Shown here: in pieces, positions 39,258 through 48,923 of the stretch
How the letters are laid out: each line of letters starts with the position of its first letter
Position numbering within the stretch: position 1 is the stretch's first letter
NCBI RefSeq assembly: GCF_002087085.1
Contig: NZ_MWQY01000023.1
Coordinates: forward strand, 1 to 57,455
Direction: 5' to 3'
Length of the DNA: 57,455 bases
The notes under the pieces: model-generated
What the model saw: the letters and a program-made list of their open reading frames with translations, nothing else
Database searches by the model: none
Told to the model about the DNA's origin: nothing
Translations under genes and position numbers: made by a program

Positions 39258-40235
39258 ATGATCAGCCCAGTCCGCGGTACGCTGAGCTTCAGCGGCGGTG
39301 GACCTGGTCCGATATTCCGGTCCGGGCGCTTACTGACGGTTATCGTCCGTCAGAGTGGAACCCGGGGGCTGATTATCGAAGCTGACGGAAAACGTTTCAG
39401 AGTCTCATCAAATATCCCCTTACAGAAAGGGGATGTTTTTGTGTCCAGGGTAGAAAACGGACCCCGGGGAATATTCCTGAAGATCCTCGAGAGTCCCGGA
39501 GATTATTCTTCCACAGACGTCCACCGGCTTTCTGAATTGATGCGTCAGGAACCGGAACTCGTTCGCGCCCTGATTCGTTCAGGACTTTCCCTGAACGATG
39601 AGAACATCAAGCGGTATCGGCGCTTTGTAAGCGAAAAAAAAGGCAGGGAACGGGAGGAGTATGCCAGGTATCTGACTCTCCTGGACGAAAAAAACATGCT
39701 GCCTTTGCTGGAGCCGGAAACACCGGATTTTTTGAAGGATAAAGAGGAACAGGATACACCGGAAAGCAAGGATACATGGAGGGATGTTTCCGTCGATCCC
39801 ACCGGTATACGCGGGATTCTGCTGAGAAAATCCTCTTCTGTGACCGAAACTGCCCTGTTCAATCATAAAAAGAGCGGCAAAAAAGATCATTGGATGAAAA
39901 TTCCCATGCGCCTGAAAATAGGAGAAAAGGTATTGTCCGGTGAACTTCGGCTGAGGATCGGTCTTTCCGAACGGGTCCTTCTGGATGGAATACTGAAACT
40001 TGTTGACGAGTCTGCCAACCCCGGGGAGTCCTGGGTCTTCGGAATTTCGGATACCCCTGAACGGTCCTTCTATCTTATCGAGCATCCTCCGGTGGATAAG
40101 GAAAAACTGGCAGGTTTTATTCAAAAAGTACGAAAACTGGGCTTCCCGTATGTCGATACTCTAAGTAGGGGAGATTTCGACGGCTTCTCTATTTCTGATA
40201 CCAAAATCCCGAGGGGTGTGGACGCACAGGCATGA
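39258..40235 (+). CDS. Hypothetical protein (FliK/YlqG-like position before the FlhB-C gene)
   Basis: 325-aa ORF translationally coupled to the FlhB-C gene; function inferred from context only. Confidence 0.65.
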   Translation: MISPVRGTLSFSGGGPGPIFRSGRLLTVIVRQSGTRGLIIEADGKRFRVSSNIPLQKGDVFVSRVENGPRGIFLKILESPGDYSSTDVHRLSELMRQEPELVRALIRSGLSLNDENIKRYRRFVSEKKGREREEYARYLTLLDEKNMLPLLEPETPDFLKDKEEQDTPESKDTWRDVSVDPTGIRGILLRKSSSVTETALFNHKKSGKKDHWMKIPMRLKIGEKVLSGELRLRIGLSERVLLDGILKLVDESANPGESWVFGISDTPERSFYLIEHPPVDKEKLAGFIQKVRKLGFPYVDTLSRGDFDGFSISDTKIPRGVDAQA

Positions 40236-40492
40236 AGAACGCCAGGCAGGAAAGGGCTGTAAGTCTCAAGTACGATCCGGCATTACCGGCACCCTTCGTA
40301 ACTGCCAGAGCAAAGGGATTTCTCGCCCGGCGTATGGTGGAGATTGCGGAAGAATCAGGGATTCCTGTAATATCTACAGGACAGACAGCGGAGGATCTCT
40401 TTTTCCTTGAACCCGGCGAATTTATCCCTGAGTATCTTTTTGCTGTAGTTGCGGAAATATTTGCATTTATATACAGTGTACAGGAATCCTGA
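40232..40492 (+). CDS. Stand-alone FlhB C-terminal domain protein (EscU/YscU/HrcU family)
   Basis: AVSLKYD...AP.V.A..KG..A..I.A...GIP...IPE.LF.VVAEI.AF.Y. Confidence 0.88.
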   Translation: MKNARQERAVSLKYDPALPAPFVTARAKGFLARRMVEIAEESGIPVISTGQTAEDLFFLEPGEFIPEYLFAVVAEIFAFIYSVQES

Positions 40493-41640
40493 TGAAAAAA
40501 ATACCAGTAGATGATCTGAAAGCCGGAATGAAGTTTGACCAGCCCGTGTATATAGACGGGGAGAATATCCTTGTGCCTGCGGAAATCCGCATTACCGAGA
40601 AGGACATTTCCCGTCTGCGAAAATGGGAAATAGAAAGTGTGCAGACCGCCGGTTCCGTTATTGACGAAGAGGAAGAGCGCAAGACAAAGGAACAGACCAT
40701 CCACGATCTCAAGGAGTCCCGCACCTACAAGGAGCTCCTGCAGATCTACCTGGCCGCTATAAAACAGATAAATGTTCTCTTTGCGACAATGAAGCAGGGA
40801 AGAAGGGTTACCACCAGGGAATTCAACAAGGTAGCGGAACTGCTGTTTCAGACCGTTAAACGGTGCCCGACGGAAATGACCGGGATAACTATCCGGACAG
40901 ACAAGAACCATCAGGGACTGGCGGTCAGTTCCGTAAACTGTGCGATTCTCGCACTGGTAACCGGAATAAACCTTAAACTGGATAATACCAAGTTGCACAG
41001 TCTGGCGGTTGGAGCGCTTCTCCACGATATCGGAATGCTCAAGATGCCGGATGCGATTCTCAACAAGACAGGTGATCTGCACGAAGCGGAATATAAAACC
41101 ATATATACCCACACGGTTCACTCCTACAACGTCATTACAAAAGAACTGGGATACCCTGAGGATATAGGTCTTATCGCATTGCAGCATCATGAACGGTGGG
41201 ACGGAAAGGGGTATCCTCATCAGATTTCCGGTGAACAGATTTATATCCTGGCCCGTGTCGTGTCCCTGGTGGATTCTTTTGAGGCGATGGTGAGGGATAA
41301 GCCCTACCGGGACTCCATGATTGGCTACAGCGCCATGAGACAGATTCTCAACGATAATTCCAGGCGTTTCGACAGCAGCATAGTCAAGGTGTTTCTCAAG
41401 AGTATGGGTATCTACCCCCTGGGGAGTGTGGTTATTCTGAATGATGGTTCAATAGGAAGTGTGGTCCGTACCCATGCATCCGTGCCTCTCAGACCGGTTG
41501 TCAGAATCCTGATGGACAGCGACGGCAAGCGGTATGAAAACGATGATGGTGAAACCATCGATCTTCTTGAAACTAAAACCCTTTTTATAGTACGGGCTAT
41601 AAATCCCAGGGAGCTGGGAAACAGGCAGGAGAACAGATGA
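40492..41640 (+). CDS. HD-GYP domain c-di-GMP phosphodiesterase
   Basis: LLHDIG, HHERWDGKGYP, D.FEAM...PYR, IYPLGS.V.LNDG. Confidence 0.9.
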   Translation: MKKIPVDDLKAGMKFDQPVYIDGENILVPAEIRITEKDISRLRKWEIESVQTAGSVIDEEEERKTKEQTIHDLKESRTYKELLQIYLAAIKQINVLFATMKQGRRVTTREFNKVAELLFQTVKRCPTEMTGITIRTDKNHQGLAVSSVNCAILALVTGINLKLDNTKLHSLAVGALLHDIGMLKMPDAILNKTGDLHEAEYKTIYTHTVHSYNVITKELGYPEDIGLIALQHHERWDGKGYPHQISGEQIYILARVVSLVDSFEAMVRDKPYRDSMIGYSAMRQILNDNSRRFDSSIVKVFLKSMGIYPLGSVVILNDGSIGSVVRTHASVPLRPVVRILMDSDGKRYENDDGETIDLLETKTLFIVRAINPRELGNRQENR

Positions 41641-41996
41641 ATCGGTCACAGCAGGGCAGGTCGGGAGAACAGGAAGCAGCCTGTTATCTGCAGAACCTGG
41701 GGCATGATATTGTTACACGGAACTACTCTGCCCGAAACGGAGAAATCGATCTGATAACCAGCCTTGATGAACGTCTCCATTTTGTGGAGGTTAAGAAATG
41801 GATTCTACCCCGGGAAAATCTCGAGTTTTCCATAAACCGGCGTAAAATTCACCGAATCAGACGTACCGCCGAGGATTTTCTCGCAAAGAACAGCAGATTC
41901 CGGAATTGGGAAAAACAGTTTGACGTGGTATATATATCAGAAACGGACCGCTGCGTGCATTACATACCCCAGGCCTTTGAAGGTGGAGCAGAATGA
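41637..41996 (+). CDS. yraN: YraN family endonuclease-like protein
   Basis: G..GE..A..YL, RNY...GEIDLI, FVEVK, FDV. Confidence 0.9.
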   Translation: MNRSQQGRSGEQEAACYLQNLGHDIVTRNYSARNGEIDLITSLDERLHFVEVKKWILPRENLEFSINRRKIHRIRRTAEDFLAKNSRFRNWEKQFDVVYISETDRCVHYIPQAFEGGAE

Positions 41997-42136
41997 TAAG
42001 AATCGCAAAGCCAACGGATCCAAAAAAGATAGCCGAATTGAAAAAGAAGATTAACGATAAAAAGTATCTGGATGCAGCTATACAAACCCTAGCTCATACA
42101 ATAACCAAAGAAATTCTGCACATCGACGAGGTATGA
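41993..42136 (+). CDS. 47-aa protein absent from the ORF track, FlgM C-terminal-like
   Basis: MIRIAKPTDPKKIAELKKKINDKKYLDAAIQTLAHTITKEILHIDEV; SD GGTGGAG; ATGA overlap with yraN; ends 3 bp before the next ATG. Confidence 0.7.
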   Translation: MIRIAKPTDPKKIAELKKKINDKKYLDAAIQTLAHTITKEILHIDEV

Positions 42137-42139
42137 TCA

Positions 42140-42544
42140 ATGGACCAGGAAAACCGGAATAAGAATGCCAGCCAGAAGTCAGGCGGTCGCTCCCGATCTT
42201 CTCAGCGGGGAAAAAGAAGGGGAGGAAGAGGCGGTTCGAATAAGCGCTATTATTCCGAGTGCCCTATCTGCGGCAAGGGCGTACGGGACCTCCTTACGGC
42301 GGTTGCCTGGGGGGATGAGCGAAAACCGAGCCATTTTGACTGTGTTCTCAAGGCAATAGCGGATCAGGAAGATGTTCAGGGGAAAGAAAAGGTCGTATAC
42401 CTGGGGGCCGGGAGTTTCGGCATAGTCAAATTCCGCTCCGGGACGGGATCTTCTCCCCGTTTTACCGTCCGCAAGAGGGTTCAGCTTGAAGAGAAGGAAG
42501 AAAAACTGGACTGGCGAAAAAAGGTCAGCAGGGATATCAGATAA
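42140..42544 (+). CDS. Basic hypothetical protein with putative Zn site
   Basis: RG-rich N-terminus, CPIC...HFDC, VYLG.GSFG. Confidence 0.8.
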   Translation: MDQENRNKNASQKSGGRSRSSQRGKRRGGRGGSNKRYYSECPICGKGVRDLLTAVAWGDERKPSHFDCVLKAIADQEDVQGKEKVVYLGAGSFGIVKFRSGTGSSPRFTVRKRVQLEEKEEKLDWRKKVSRDIR

Positions 42545-42545
42545 G

Positions 42546-42579
42546 AAAAAAAACGGCTGCAGAAAGCAGCCGTTTTTTT
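42546..42579. terminator. Bidirectional terminator
   Basis: A8-CGGCTGC-AGAAA-GCAGCCG-T7 between convergent genes. Confidence 0.85.
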
Positions 42580-42597
42580 GTCGGTAACGCAGAATGT

Positions 42598-43323
42598 TCA
42601 GTTCTGTTCCCGCATGAGAGAGATTACCTGGTAGGCTTTTTCCTTGACCGGACGGATGTAGTTCCCGTTCTGAGCTATCTGAACAACAGCAGCATAAACC
42701 TGGCGGTTGTTGTTGGTGGAACCGTTCTTTTCTATGAGCTTCTGGATGGCTAAAAGTGATGCGTGGGCGAAATTGTCGTTCGGGACCATCTGGTCCTGAT
42801 TCTGAAGTGCGAAGGCTATGGCGCGGCTTACCTCACCCTCTTCATCTATACCGATTGTGCCGAGTGCATAGGCTGCTTCCGCAAGTACGACAGGATCGTC
42901 ATCGGTCTTCAGAACATTCAGAAGGGTATCCTTCGAGTTTTCTCCCCCAAGCTCTCCAAGAAGCCTGCAGGCTTCACGGCGAACGGTGGGAAAATAGTTC
43001 ACGGTCCTGTTGTTTTCCCTTACGATCCGGCTGATTCCCTCTTCAGAGAGGTAATCCAGTACAAAGTGGGCCCCGGGATCACCGGTACCGAAAGAACCGT
43101 CCTTGATTGACTCCTCAAGCATGTTGAGAGACATCAGCTTCATATCCCGGTCATCGAGGAAGGCCATTTCCCGCATGATCATAATATCGCCGCTTTGAAG
43201 ATACAGTTCCTCGATGGTTGCCGTTTTTTCCCTGGGAACGGTCTGCTCCGATTCCTGTGCAGATACCGCGGACAGGGCAAAGAGGACCAGAAGAAGAACA
43301 GTAACTGTAGACTTGCTTTTCAT
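42598..43323 (-). CDS. Exported HEAT-repeat protein
   Basis: Signal peptide; VRREACRLLGELG and VLAEAAYALG.IG repeats. Confidence 0.82.
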   Translation of the reverse strand: MKSKSTVTVLLLVLFALSAVSAQESEQTVPREKTATIEELYLQSGDIMIMREMAFLDDRDMKLMSLNMLEESIKDGSFGTGDPGAHFVLDYLSEEGISRIVRENNRTVNYFPTVRREACRLLGELGGENSKDTLLNVLKTDDDPVVLAEAAYALGTIGIDEEGEVSRAIAFALQNQDQMVPNDNFAHASLLAIQKLIEKNGSTNNNRQVYAAVVQIAQNGNYIRPVKEKAYQVISLMREQN

Positions 43324-43391
43324 TGTAACTCCCTGCTCTCAAAATCAATATAAAATATCGTTATGTAATACAAGATATACAATACAGTATA

Positions 43392-43961
43392 TCACTGCCA
43401 GAGGGCAATCTTCCAGCCCTCTCCGTCGTTTGCAAGATAGTAGAGGATCACCGGAGTGTCGTTTACTATACTGTACGCCAACAGATGGTTCTCATCAATA
43501 AATTCTATTTTGTCGAGGGTTGCCTCTTCCCGGCTGCCGACTACAATATAGAGAAAATAGTCACGCAGACTGCGTAAACGAAGTTCGTAGCGATACTTCT
43601 TTCTCAGATCATCGGAAATCTCCCTGAGAACAGCGGGATCTGAGTAATGTTCCCGATATTCCCGGGTTAAATACTGGTTCCACTCTTCAAAGTTTTCGTT
43701 ACGGATTATCGTATTCAACCGGTCGATTAAAACCTCAACGTCGTCAAAGGTTTTTTCATAGATTTCCTGGGTAACGACAAAGTCCTCAGGTTCCCCTTCC
43801 ACAGGTTCTTCAGCGGGAGGTTCCGGTTCGGGAACTTCCTCGATGACGGCCGGTTCTACAGGTTCTGCGACTTCGGGTTCCACCGAGGCACAGCCTGCAA
43901 AGGTCAGTACAGCAAGCCCTGCGCAAAGGAAGATGAACACCCTGACAATGTTTACTTTCAT
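43392..43961 (-). CDS. Putative lipoprotein
   Basis: Lipobox FAGC after a hydrophobic stretch; EP-rich linker. Confidence 0.78.
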   Translation of the reverse strand: MKVNIVRVFIFLCAGLAVLTFAGCASVEPEVAEPVEPAVIEEVPEPEPPAEEPVEGEPEDFVVTQEIYEKTFDDVEVLIDRLNTIIRNENFEEWNQYLTREYREHYSDPAVLREISDDLRKKYRYELRLRSLRDYFLYIVVGSREEATLDKIEFIDENHLLAYSIVNDTPVILYYLANDGEGWKIALWQ

Positions 43962-44065
43962 CGCTGATAAGTTTACTCGTTTGGCGATGGTTTGTCAAAA
44001 CGAAAAAGAGAGACCGGACCTCTTTTCACATTGACAATTTCTTTGCCCGCCGCGTATTATTGCAT

Positions 44066-44548
44066 ATGCAAAGAGCTGTTCTACCGGGTTCCTTCGATCC
44101 GCCGACAAATGGTCACCTCAATCTGATTACCCGTGCCGCCAGGATATTCGATGAACTGCATGTTGTCATCGCCTTCAACCGGGGCAAGAACTATCTGTTC
44201 GATGAAAACGAACGAAAGACGCTTATGATCGAACTGGTAAAGGACATGCCGAATGTCACGGTGAGTCTGTGGGACAGGCTCGTGGTGGATTATGCCAAGC
44301 GGGAGAAAATCTCTGTCATGATCCGAGGTGTGCGGGCCCTTGCGGACTTCAGTTACGAATTTGAGCTTGCCATGACAAACAAGGAGCTCTATCCTCCTCT
44401 GGAAATCATTTTTATGCCCACAGACCCCAAGTATTTTGTACTGAGGTCTTCTGCGATCAAGGAGATCGCCATGTTCGGTGGAGATATTGAAACAATGGTC
44501 CCTCCGAATGTGGCCACGGCGCTGCAAAAGCGTCTGTCAGGTGCTTGA
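44066..44548 (+). CDS. coaD: Phosphopantetheine adenylyltransferase
   Basis: PGSFDP.TNGH, RG.R...DF.YE, SS.IKEIA. Confidence 0.96.
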   Translation: MQRAVLPGSFDPPTNGHLNLITRAARIFDELHVVIAFNRGKNYLFDENERKTLMIELVKDMPNVTVSLWDRLVVDYAKREKISVMIRGVRALADFSYEFELAMTNKELYPPLEIIFMPTDPKYFVLRSSAIKEIAMFGGDIETMVPPNVATALQKRLSGA

Positions 44549-44573
44549 CAATGGTATTTATATGGGTTAAGTT
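44545..44573 (+). promoter_or_regulatory. Sigma70 promoter for rpmF-acpP-rnc
   Basis: TTGACA-N17-TAAGTT. Confidence 0.6.
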
Positions 44574-44607
44574 CTTTTGACTAAAAGAGATTGCGAGGTT
44601 GTAAGAC

Positions 44608-44796
44608 ATGGCAGTACCAAAATATAAAACTTCGAAGGCACGTTCACGACGTCGCCGATCCATAAACAACCGTCTGGTTGCTCCTCAGCTCACTGAGTGC
44701 GGCACCTGCGGCAACAAAGTACTCCCACACCGCGTTTGTCCCAAATGCGGTTTCTACCGGGGCCGGCAGGTCCTGGATCTTAAAGACATGGCCTAA
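44608..44796 (+). CDS. rpmF: 50S ribosomal protein L32 (Zn-binding form)
   Basis: MAVPKYKTSKARSRRRR, CxxC...PHRVCxxCG.Y. Confidence 0.97.
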   Translation: MAVPKYKTSKARSRRRRSINNRLVAPQLTECGTCGNKVLPHRVCPKCGFYRGRQVLDLKDMA

Positions 44797-44818
44797 AGCA
44801 CACGCTAAGGAGTAAGAA

Positions 44819-45055
44819 ATGGATGATCTTTTTGAAAAACTCAAGAAGTTGATCGCCGAGAAACTGGAGATTGAAGAGGACCAGATCAAGCCGGAAGCAT
44901 CATTCCGTCAGGACCTCGGAGCTGATAGTCTTGATACATATGAACTTGTATATGCTATCGAGGAAGAACTCGGAATCAGCATTCCCGACGAGAAGGCTAA
45001 CGAGTTTGAAACTGTAGCCGATGCCCTTGAGTACATCAAATCACAGGTAAAATAA
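44819..45055 (+). CDS. acpP: Acyl carrier protein
   Basis: DLGADSLD, IPDE.A..F.TV.DA. Confidence 0.97.
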   Translation: MDDLFEKLKKLIAEKLEIEEDQIKPEASFRQDLGADSLDTYELVYAIEEELGISIPDEKANEFETVADALEYIKSQVK

Positions 45056-45067
45056 CTGTAAAGAACA

Positions 45068-45844
45068 GTGGGGTCTTTACCTAAACTTCAGTCATTTAAT
45101 ACCCCGACTGTGGATGCGGAACGCAAAAAGGAGCTGCTCCTTTTTGAGCGTAACGCGAAAGTCAGGTTCAAGAGACTCGATCTCTTGAACCTTGCTTTTA
45201 CCCACCGTTCCTACGCCAATGAAAATCCCGGCGTAGTAGATAATAACGAAAAGCTTGAATTCCTCGGCGACAGTGTTCTTGGTATCGTTGTAAGCGAGTA
45301 TCTCTTCCGCTCCCTTCCCGACAAGAACGAGGGAGATCTTGCACGCATTAAATCCTTTGTTGTCAGCGAAAACAGCCTGGCCCAGATAGCCAGAGCCCTG
45401 AGGGTGGATAATTTTATCCTGATAGGCAAGGGCGAAGAGTACTCCGGAGGACGAAAGAAAAAAGCGATTCTTGCGGACTGTATGGAGGCCATTATCGGCG
45501 CCTGTTATCTGGATTCGGGAATAAAGAGCGCCCGTAACTTTGTACTGTCTTTTTTTGTAGAAGAGATAGACAAGGTTCTGGAGAATAAGCATCAGAAGGA
45601 CTATAAAACCCTGCTGCAGGAATTCGCCCAGAAAAAGTATCACAGTTACCCCCGCTACCGACTCGTAAAAAAATCCGGACCGGACCACGATAGAACATTC
45701 TGGATAGATGTGGAGCTGAACAATCGTACCTTCGGCCCCGGAAAGGGCAAGAATAAGAAGCAGGCGGAGCAGGAGGCGGCTTCCATTGCCTACGCCCATC
45801 TGTGCGAAGGGAATCAGGAGTCTCTGGACCGAAGCTCCTCGTAG
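45068..45844 (+). CDS. rnc: Ribonuclease III
   Basis: AFTHRS, NEKLEFLGDSVL, AD..EA, dsRBD KTLLQE...G.NKK.AEQ.AA. Confidence 0.97.
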   Translation: MGSLPKLQSFNTPTVDAERKKELLLFERNAKVRFKRLDLLNLAFTHRSYANENPGVVDNNEKLEFLGDSVLGIVVSEYLFRSLPDKNEGDLARIKSFVVSENSLAQIARALRVDNFILIGKGEEYSGGRKKKAILADCMEAIIGACYLDSGIKSARNFVLSFFVEEIDKVLENKHQKDYKTLLQEFAQKKYHSYPRYRLVKKSGPDHDRTFWIDVELNNRTFGPGKGKNKKQAEQEAASIAYAHLCEGNQESLDRSSS

Positions 45845-47166
45845 AGGTTTCCGGCAAGGGGCAGAAGCTTTTCTCGGCTGTTCATACCGGGGTCGTCCAG
45901 GACCGTCTCAAGCAGTTGATCAAGAATTACACCTAAAAGTGGTCCCGACGGCAGGCCAAGCTCCATTAAATCCCTTCCGTTTACCTTAAGGTCTTTCAGG
46001 CTGAGGGCATTCTCTTCAGCCAGGATGTCTTCAATACGACGCTGAAGGACGGACAGGTAATCCAGTGGCAGCGGACGCCGATCGAGGCCGTAGGCATCCG
46101 CACGGCGAAGCATAAAAAGCTTCTCAATATGATCCTTTCCGACCCTGGCAAGAAACCTGCGAACCGCAGCGTCGGTCCACTCGTCGGTATAATTGAACAT
46201 GTGCTGCCGAATAAGATGCAGAACCTCCCGGATGGTCTGTTTTGGATACTTCAGGCGGTACATGAGGTTTCCCGTTATTTCTGCCCCCAGTATTTCATGC
46301 CGATGAAAGCTGAGTGTCCCGTCTTCCGCTTCCCGGACGCTGGCGGGTTTTCCAAGGTCATGGAAAAGGGCAGCAAGGCGAAGGACCAGATCGCTCTGTT
46401 CTGCACCTTCACAGGAATATACGCTGTGTTCGAAAACATCGAAGGAATGGGAACCTTTCTGAAAAACCCCGGTGCACCGGTGCAGTTCCGGAAGGATATG
46501 CGGAAGAATTCCCAGATCCCGCAGCAGAAAGAGTCCCTGTGCGCAGTATTCGCCGGTAATCAGCTTGTTGAACTCATCGCGGACCCGCTCTGAAGAAATA
46601 CCGGTCAGGGACCCGCACAGCCCGGCAGCCGCCTGCCGTGTTTTGTCCTCGATTACAAATCCCAGCTGGGAAGAAAAACGGCAGGCCCTGAGAATACGCA
46701 GCGGGTCCTCGGCAAAGCGTTCCTCGGGCCTTCCTATGGCAACAATCCGGCCTGCACGTATTGCCTGTACCCCATCGTAAAGGTCGATCAGTCTGGCATC
46801 GGAAATATTCCAGGCCAGGGCGTTCATGCTGAAGTCCCGGCGGCTGAGGTCCTCTTCAATGGAGCTGGAGAACTCCACCCGGTCAGGATGCCTGGAATCG
46901 CTGTAAGTGGATTCGGTACGAAAGGTCGTTATTTCATACTGCTCCCCGCCAAGGAGAATCGTCACAGTCCCGTGGTCTATGCCGGTGGGAACGGTACGGT
47001 GAAAAATACGCTGAATTTCTGATGGGGTAGCGTCCGTGGCAAGATCGTAATCCGTGGGTTGAATACCCGCGATATCATTCCGTACCGCTCCGCCGACGAT
47101 GTAGCACTGGTAACCGGCGGCCGAGAGAATTGTGTTGATGGTGCGTACGTTTTTTGGCACATGCAT
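45814..47166 (-). CDS. cca: CCA-adding tRNA nucleotidyltransferase with HD domain
   Basis: VGGAVR, DYD, RRDFSMNA, F.EDPLRILRA.RF, ERVRDE, FHDLGK. The three tRNAs in this window lack an encoded CCA. Confidence 0.88.
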   Translation of the reverse strand: MHVPKNVRTINTILSAAGYQCYIVGGAVRNDIAGIQPTDYDLATDATPSEIQRIFHRTVPTGIDHGTVTILLGGEQYEITTFRTESTYSDSRHPDRVEFSSSIEEDLSRRDFSMNALAWNISDARLIDLYDGVQAIRAGRIVAIGRPEERFAEDPLRILRACRFSSQLGFVIEDKTRQAAAGLCGSLTGISSERVRDEFNKLITGEYCAQGLFLLRDLGILPHILPELHRCTGVFQKGSHSFDVFEHSVYSCEGAEQSDLVLRLAALFHDLGKPASVREAEDGTLSFHRHEILGAEITGNLMYRLKYPKQTIREVLHLIRQHMFNYTDEWTDAAVRRFLARVGKDHIEKLFMLRRADAYGLDRRPLPLDYLSVLQRRIEDILAEENALSLKDLKVNGRDLMELGLPSGPLLGVILDQLLETVLDDPGMNSREKLLPLAGNLYEELRSRDS

Positions 47167-47216
47167 AGGCGTTCATGATTCAATCAGCAGGATACAAAGC
47201 TGTCAAGCGGGAACAT

Positions 47217-47248
47217 AAAAAAAAGCCGCCCCCCTGAGGGGGACGGCT
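47217..47248 (-). terminator. flaB terminator
   Basis: AGCCGTCCCCC-TCAG-GGGGGCGGCT followed by a U-tract on the minus strand. Confidence 0.85.
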
Positions 47249-47276
47249 GAACAATGAAACGCTGGAGAGCCTGCTC

Positions 47277-48149
47277 TTACTGGAAGAGCTGAAGAACCGA
47301 CTGGGTCTTCTGGTTCGCCTGGGCCAGCATTGCTGTTCCGCTCTGAACGAGGATCTGGTTGCGGGTAAAATCGACCATCTCTTCAGCCATGTCCGCGTCA
47401 CGGATGCGGGACTCTGAAGCCTGCATGTTCTCCGCACCCACAGAGAGACCCTGGGAGGCGTATTCAAGCCTGTTCTGGTAGGCACCGAGATCGGCGCGCT
47501 GCTTGGATACCTTTTTCAGGGCTTCGTCGAGAACACCGATGGAGATGTTCGCCTGATCGGGCGTCTCCATGGAGATAAAGGTAGCCGTCTCGGGTACACC
47601 GTTGGCTCCCTGGACGCCGAGTCCCTGGGCGGTCATGGTACCGATGTATACGCGTTCCCGCTGATCCATGTTGGCACCGATATGGAACCACATTGAAGCG
47701 GTAACCACATTCTCTCCGGTCTGGGAAGCGAAACGACCGGTGAGCATGTTCATGCCGTTGAACTGGGCATGACTGGCAATCCGGTTGATCTCGTCAACGA
47801 GCTGAGAAATCTCAACCTGAATCTGCATCCTGTCTTCCGCTGAGTAGATTCCGTTGGAAGACTGTACTGCGAGTTCTCTCATTCTCTGCAGAATATCCTG
47901 GGTCTCCTGCAGGTAACCCTCGGTGGTCTGGATAAAGGAGATGCCGTCCTGGGCATTCCGTTCCGCCCGCTGCAGACCGCGGATCTGGGACCGCATTTTC
48001 TCACTTACAGCCAGTCCGGAAGCATCGTCGCCGGCGCGATTGATGCGCATACCGGATGAGAGGGCCTCCATGTTGCCGTCTACCCGTCGGTTTGAGAATT
48101 TGAGAGTACGCTGAGCGAAGTTTGCGCTCATGTTGTGATTGATGATCAT
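47277..48149 (-). CDS. flaB: Periplasmic flagellar filament core protein
   Basis: [42 protein letters not shown]; short spirochete-type variable region. Confidence 0.96.
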   Translation of the reverse strand: MIINHNMSANFAQRTLKFSNRRVDGNMEALSSGMRINRAGDDASGLAVSEKMRSQIRGLQRAERNAQDGISFIQTTEGYLQETQDILQRMRELAVQSSNGIYSAEDRMQIQVEISQLVDEINRIASHAQFNGMNMLTGRFASQTGENVVTASMWFHIGANMDQRERVYIGTMTAQGLGVQGANGVPETATFISMETPDQANISIGVLDEALKKVSKQRADLGAYQNRLEYASQGLSVGAENMQASESRIRDADMAEEMVDFTRNQILVQSGTAMLAQANQKTQSVLQLFQ

Positions 48150-48191
48150 AACATCCTCCGTGATGTTTTCGATAGGAACATCCTTGTTCCT
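48150..48191 (-). promoter_or_regulatory. Two CsrA-type GGA hairpins in the flaB leader, one over the SD
   Basis: AGGAACAAGGATGTTCCT and AACATCACGGAGGATGTT on the minus strand. Confidence 0.75.
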
Positions 48192-48201
48192 TCACCTATA
48201 C

Positions 48202-48228
48202 TGATCGGTACCTGAAAATAACTCTTTA
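48202..48228 (-). promoter_or_regulatory. Sigma28 (FliA) promoter of flaB
   Basis: TAAA-N15-ACCGATCA versus consensus TAAA-N15-GCCGATAA. Confidence 0.75.
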
Positions 48229-48290
48229 GTTTTTTTTACACTACAAATTGCAAATACCATTAGCCTTTGGTATGCTGGGTATTACACAAA

Positions 48291-48923
48291 ATGGACGGAT
48301 GTTTACTGATAGGCGGAAAAGCGCCGGACAAAAACCTGCTTGGTCCCCGTATGAATGACTGGGACATCATTATTGCCGCTGACTCCGGGCTTCACCATGC
48401 CCGGAGTCTGGGCCTGACGCCCACGGAACTCATAGGGGATTTTGATTCCGTTGAGCAGCAATGTATCGATGATTATCCGGATATGATCATTCACCGGCAT
48501 AAACCTGACAAGGACGAGACGGATACGGAACTTGGTATCGAACTTCTGCGTAGGCGGGGGGCCCGGAGAATCCATATTGTAGGAGGGGGCGGTGGCCGTC
48601 TGGACCATCTGTATGCGCTGTTATCCCTCTTTCACCGGGAGAATCCTCCCGACTACTGGTATACCCACCGTGAGCATATACAGCTCATTCAGGGAGAAAT
48701 GCTGATATACCCGGGAATAAACCGCAGGGTATCCTTCTTCCCCCTTGGAACAGGGGAGTGCCGAATGAAGACCTCCGGTCTCAAGTGGCCCCTGGACAGC
48801 TTGCGCTGGAAGGTCGGGGATTTCGGCATCAGCAATATTGTCACTAATGAAGAAGTAAAAATTGAGATGAAAAAAGGAAAATTGATAATGGTCTATGATT
48901 TGGGAAACGAGGACAGCTTATGA
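48291..48923 (+). CDS. thiN: Thiamine pyrophosphokinase
   Basis: AADSG, GDFDS, KDETD.E, GGRLDH, GLKWPL, GISN. Confidence 0.93.
   Translation: MDGCLLIGGKAPDKNLLGPRMNDWDIIIAADSGLHHARSLGLTPTELIGDFDSVEQQCIDDYPDMIIHRHKPDKDETDTELGIELLRRRGARRIHIVGGGGGRLDHLYALLSLFHRENPPDYWYTHREHIQLIQGEMLIYPGINRRVSFFPLGTGECRMKTSGLKWPLDSLRWKVGDFGISNIVTNEEVKIEMKKGKLIMVYDLGNEDSL

Noticed and set aside
45814..47166. Poly(A) polymerase call
   Set aside because: No PAP-specific signature recognised; the HD domain and CCA-less tRNAs favour a CCA-adding enzyme (split CC- or A-adding specificity not excluded).
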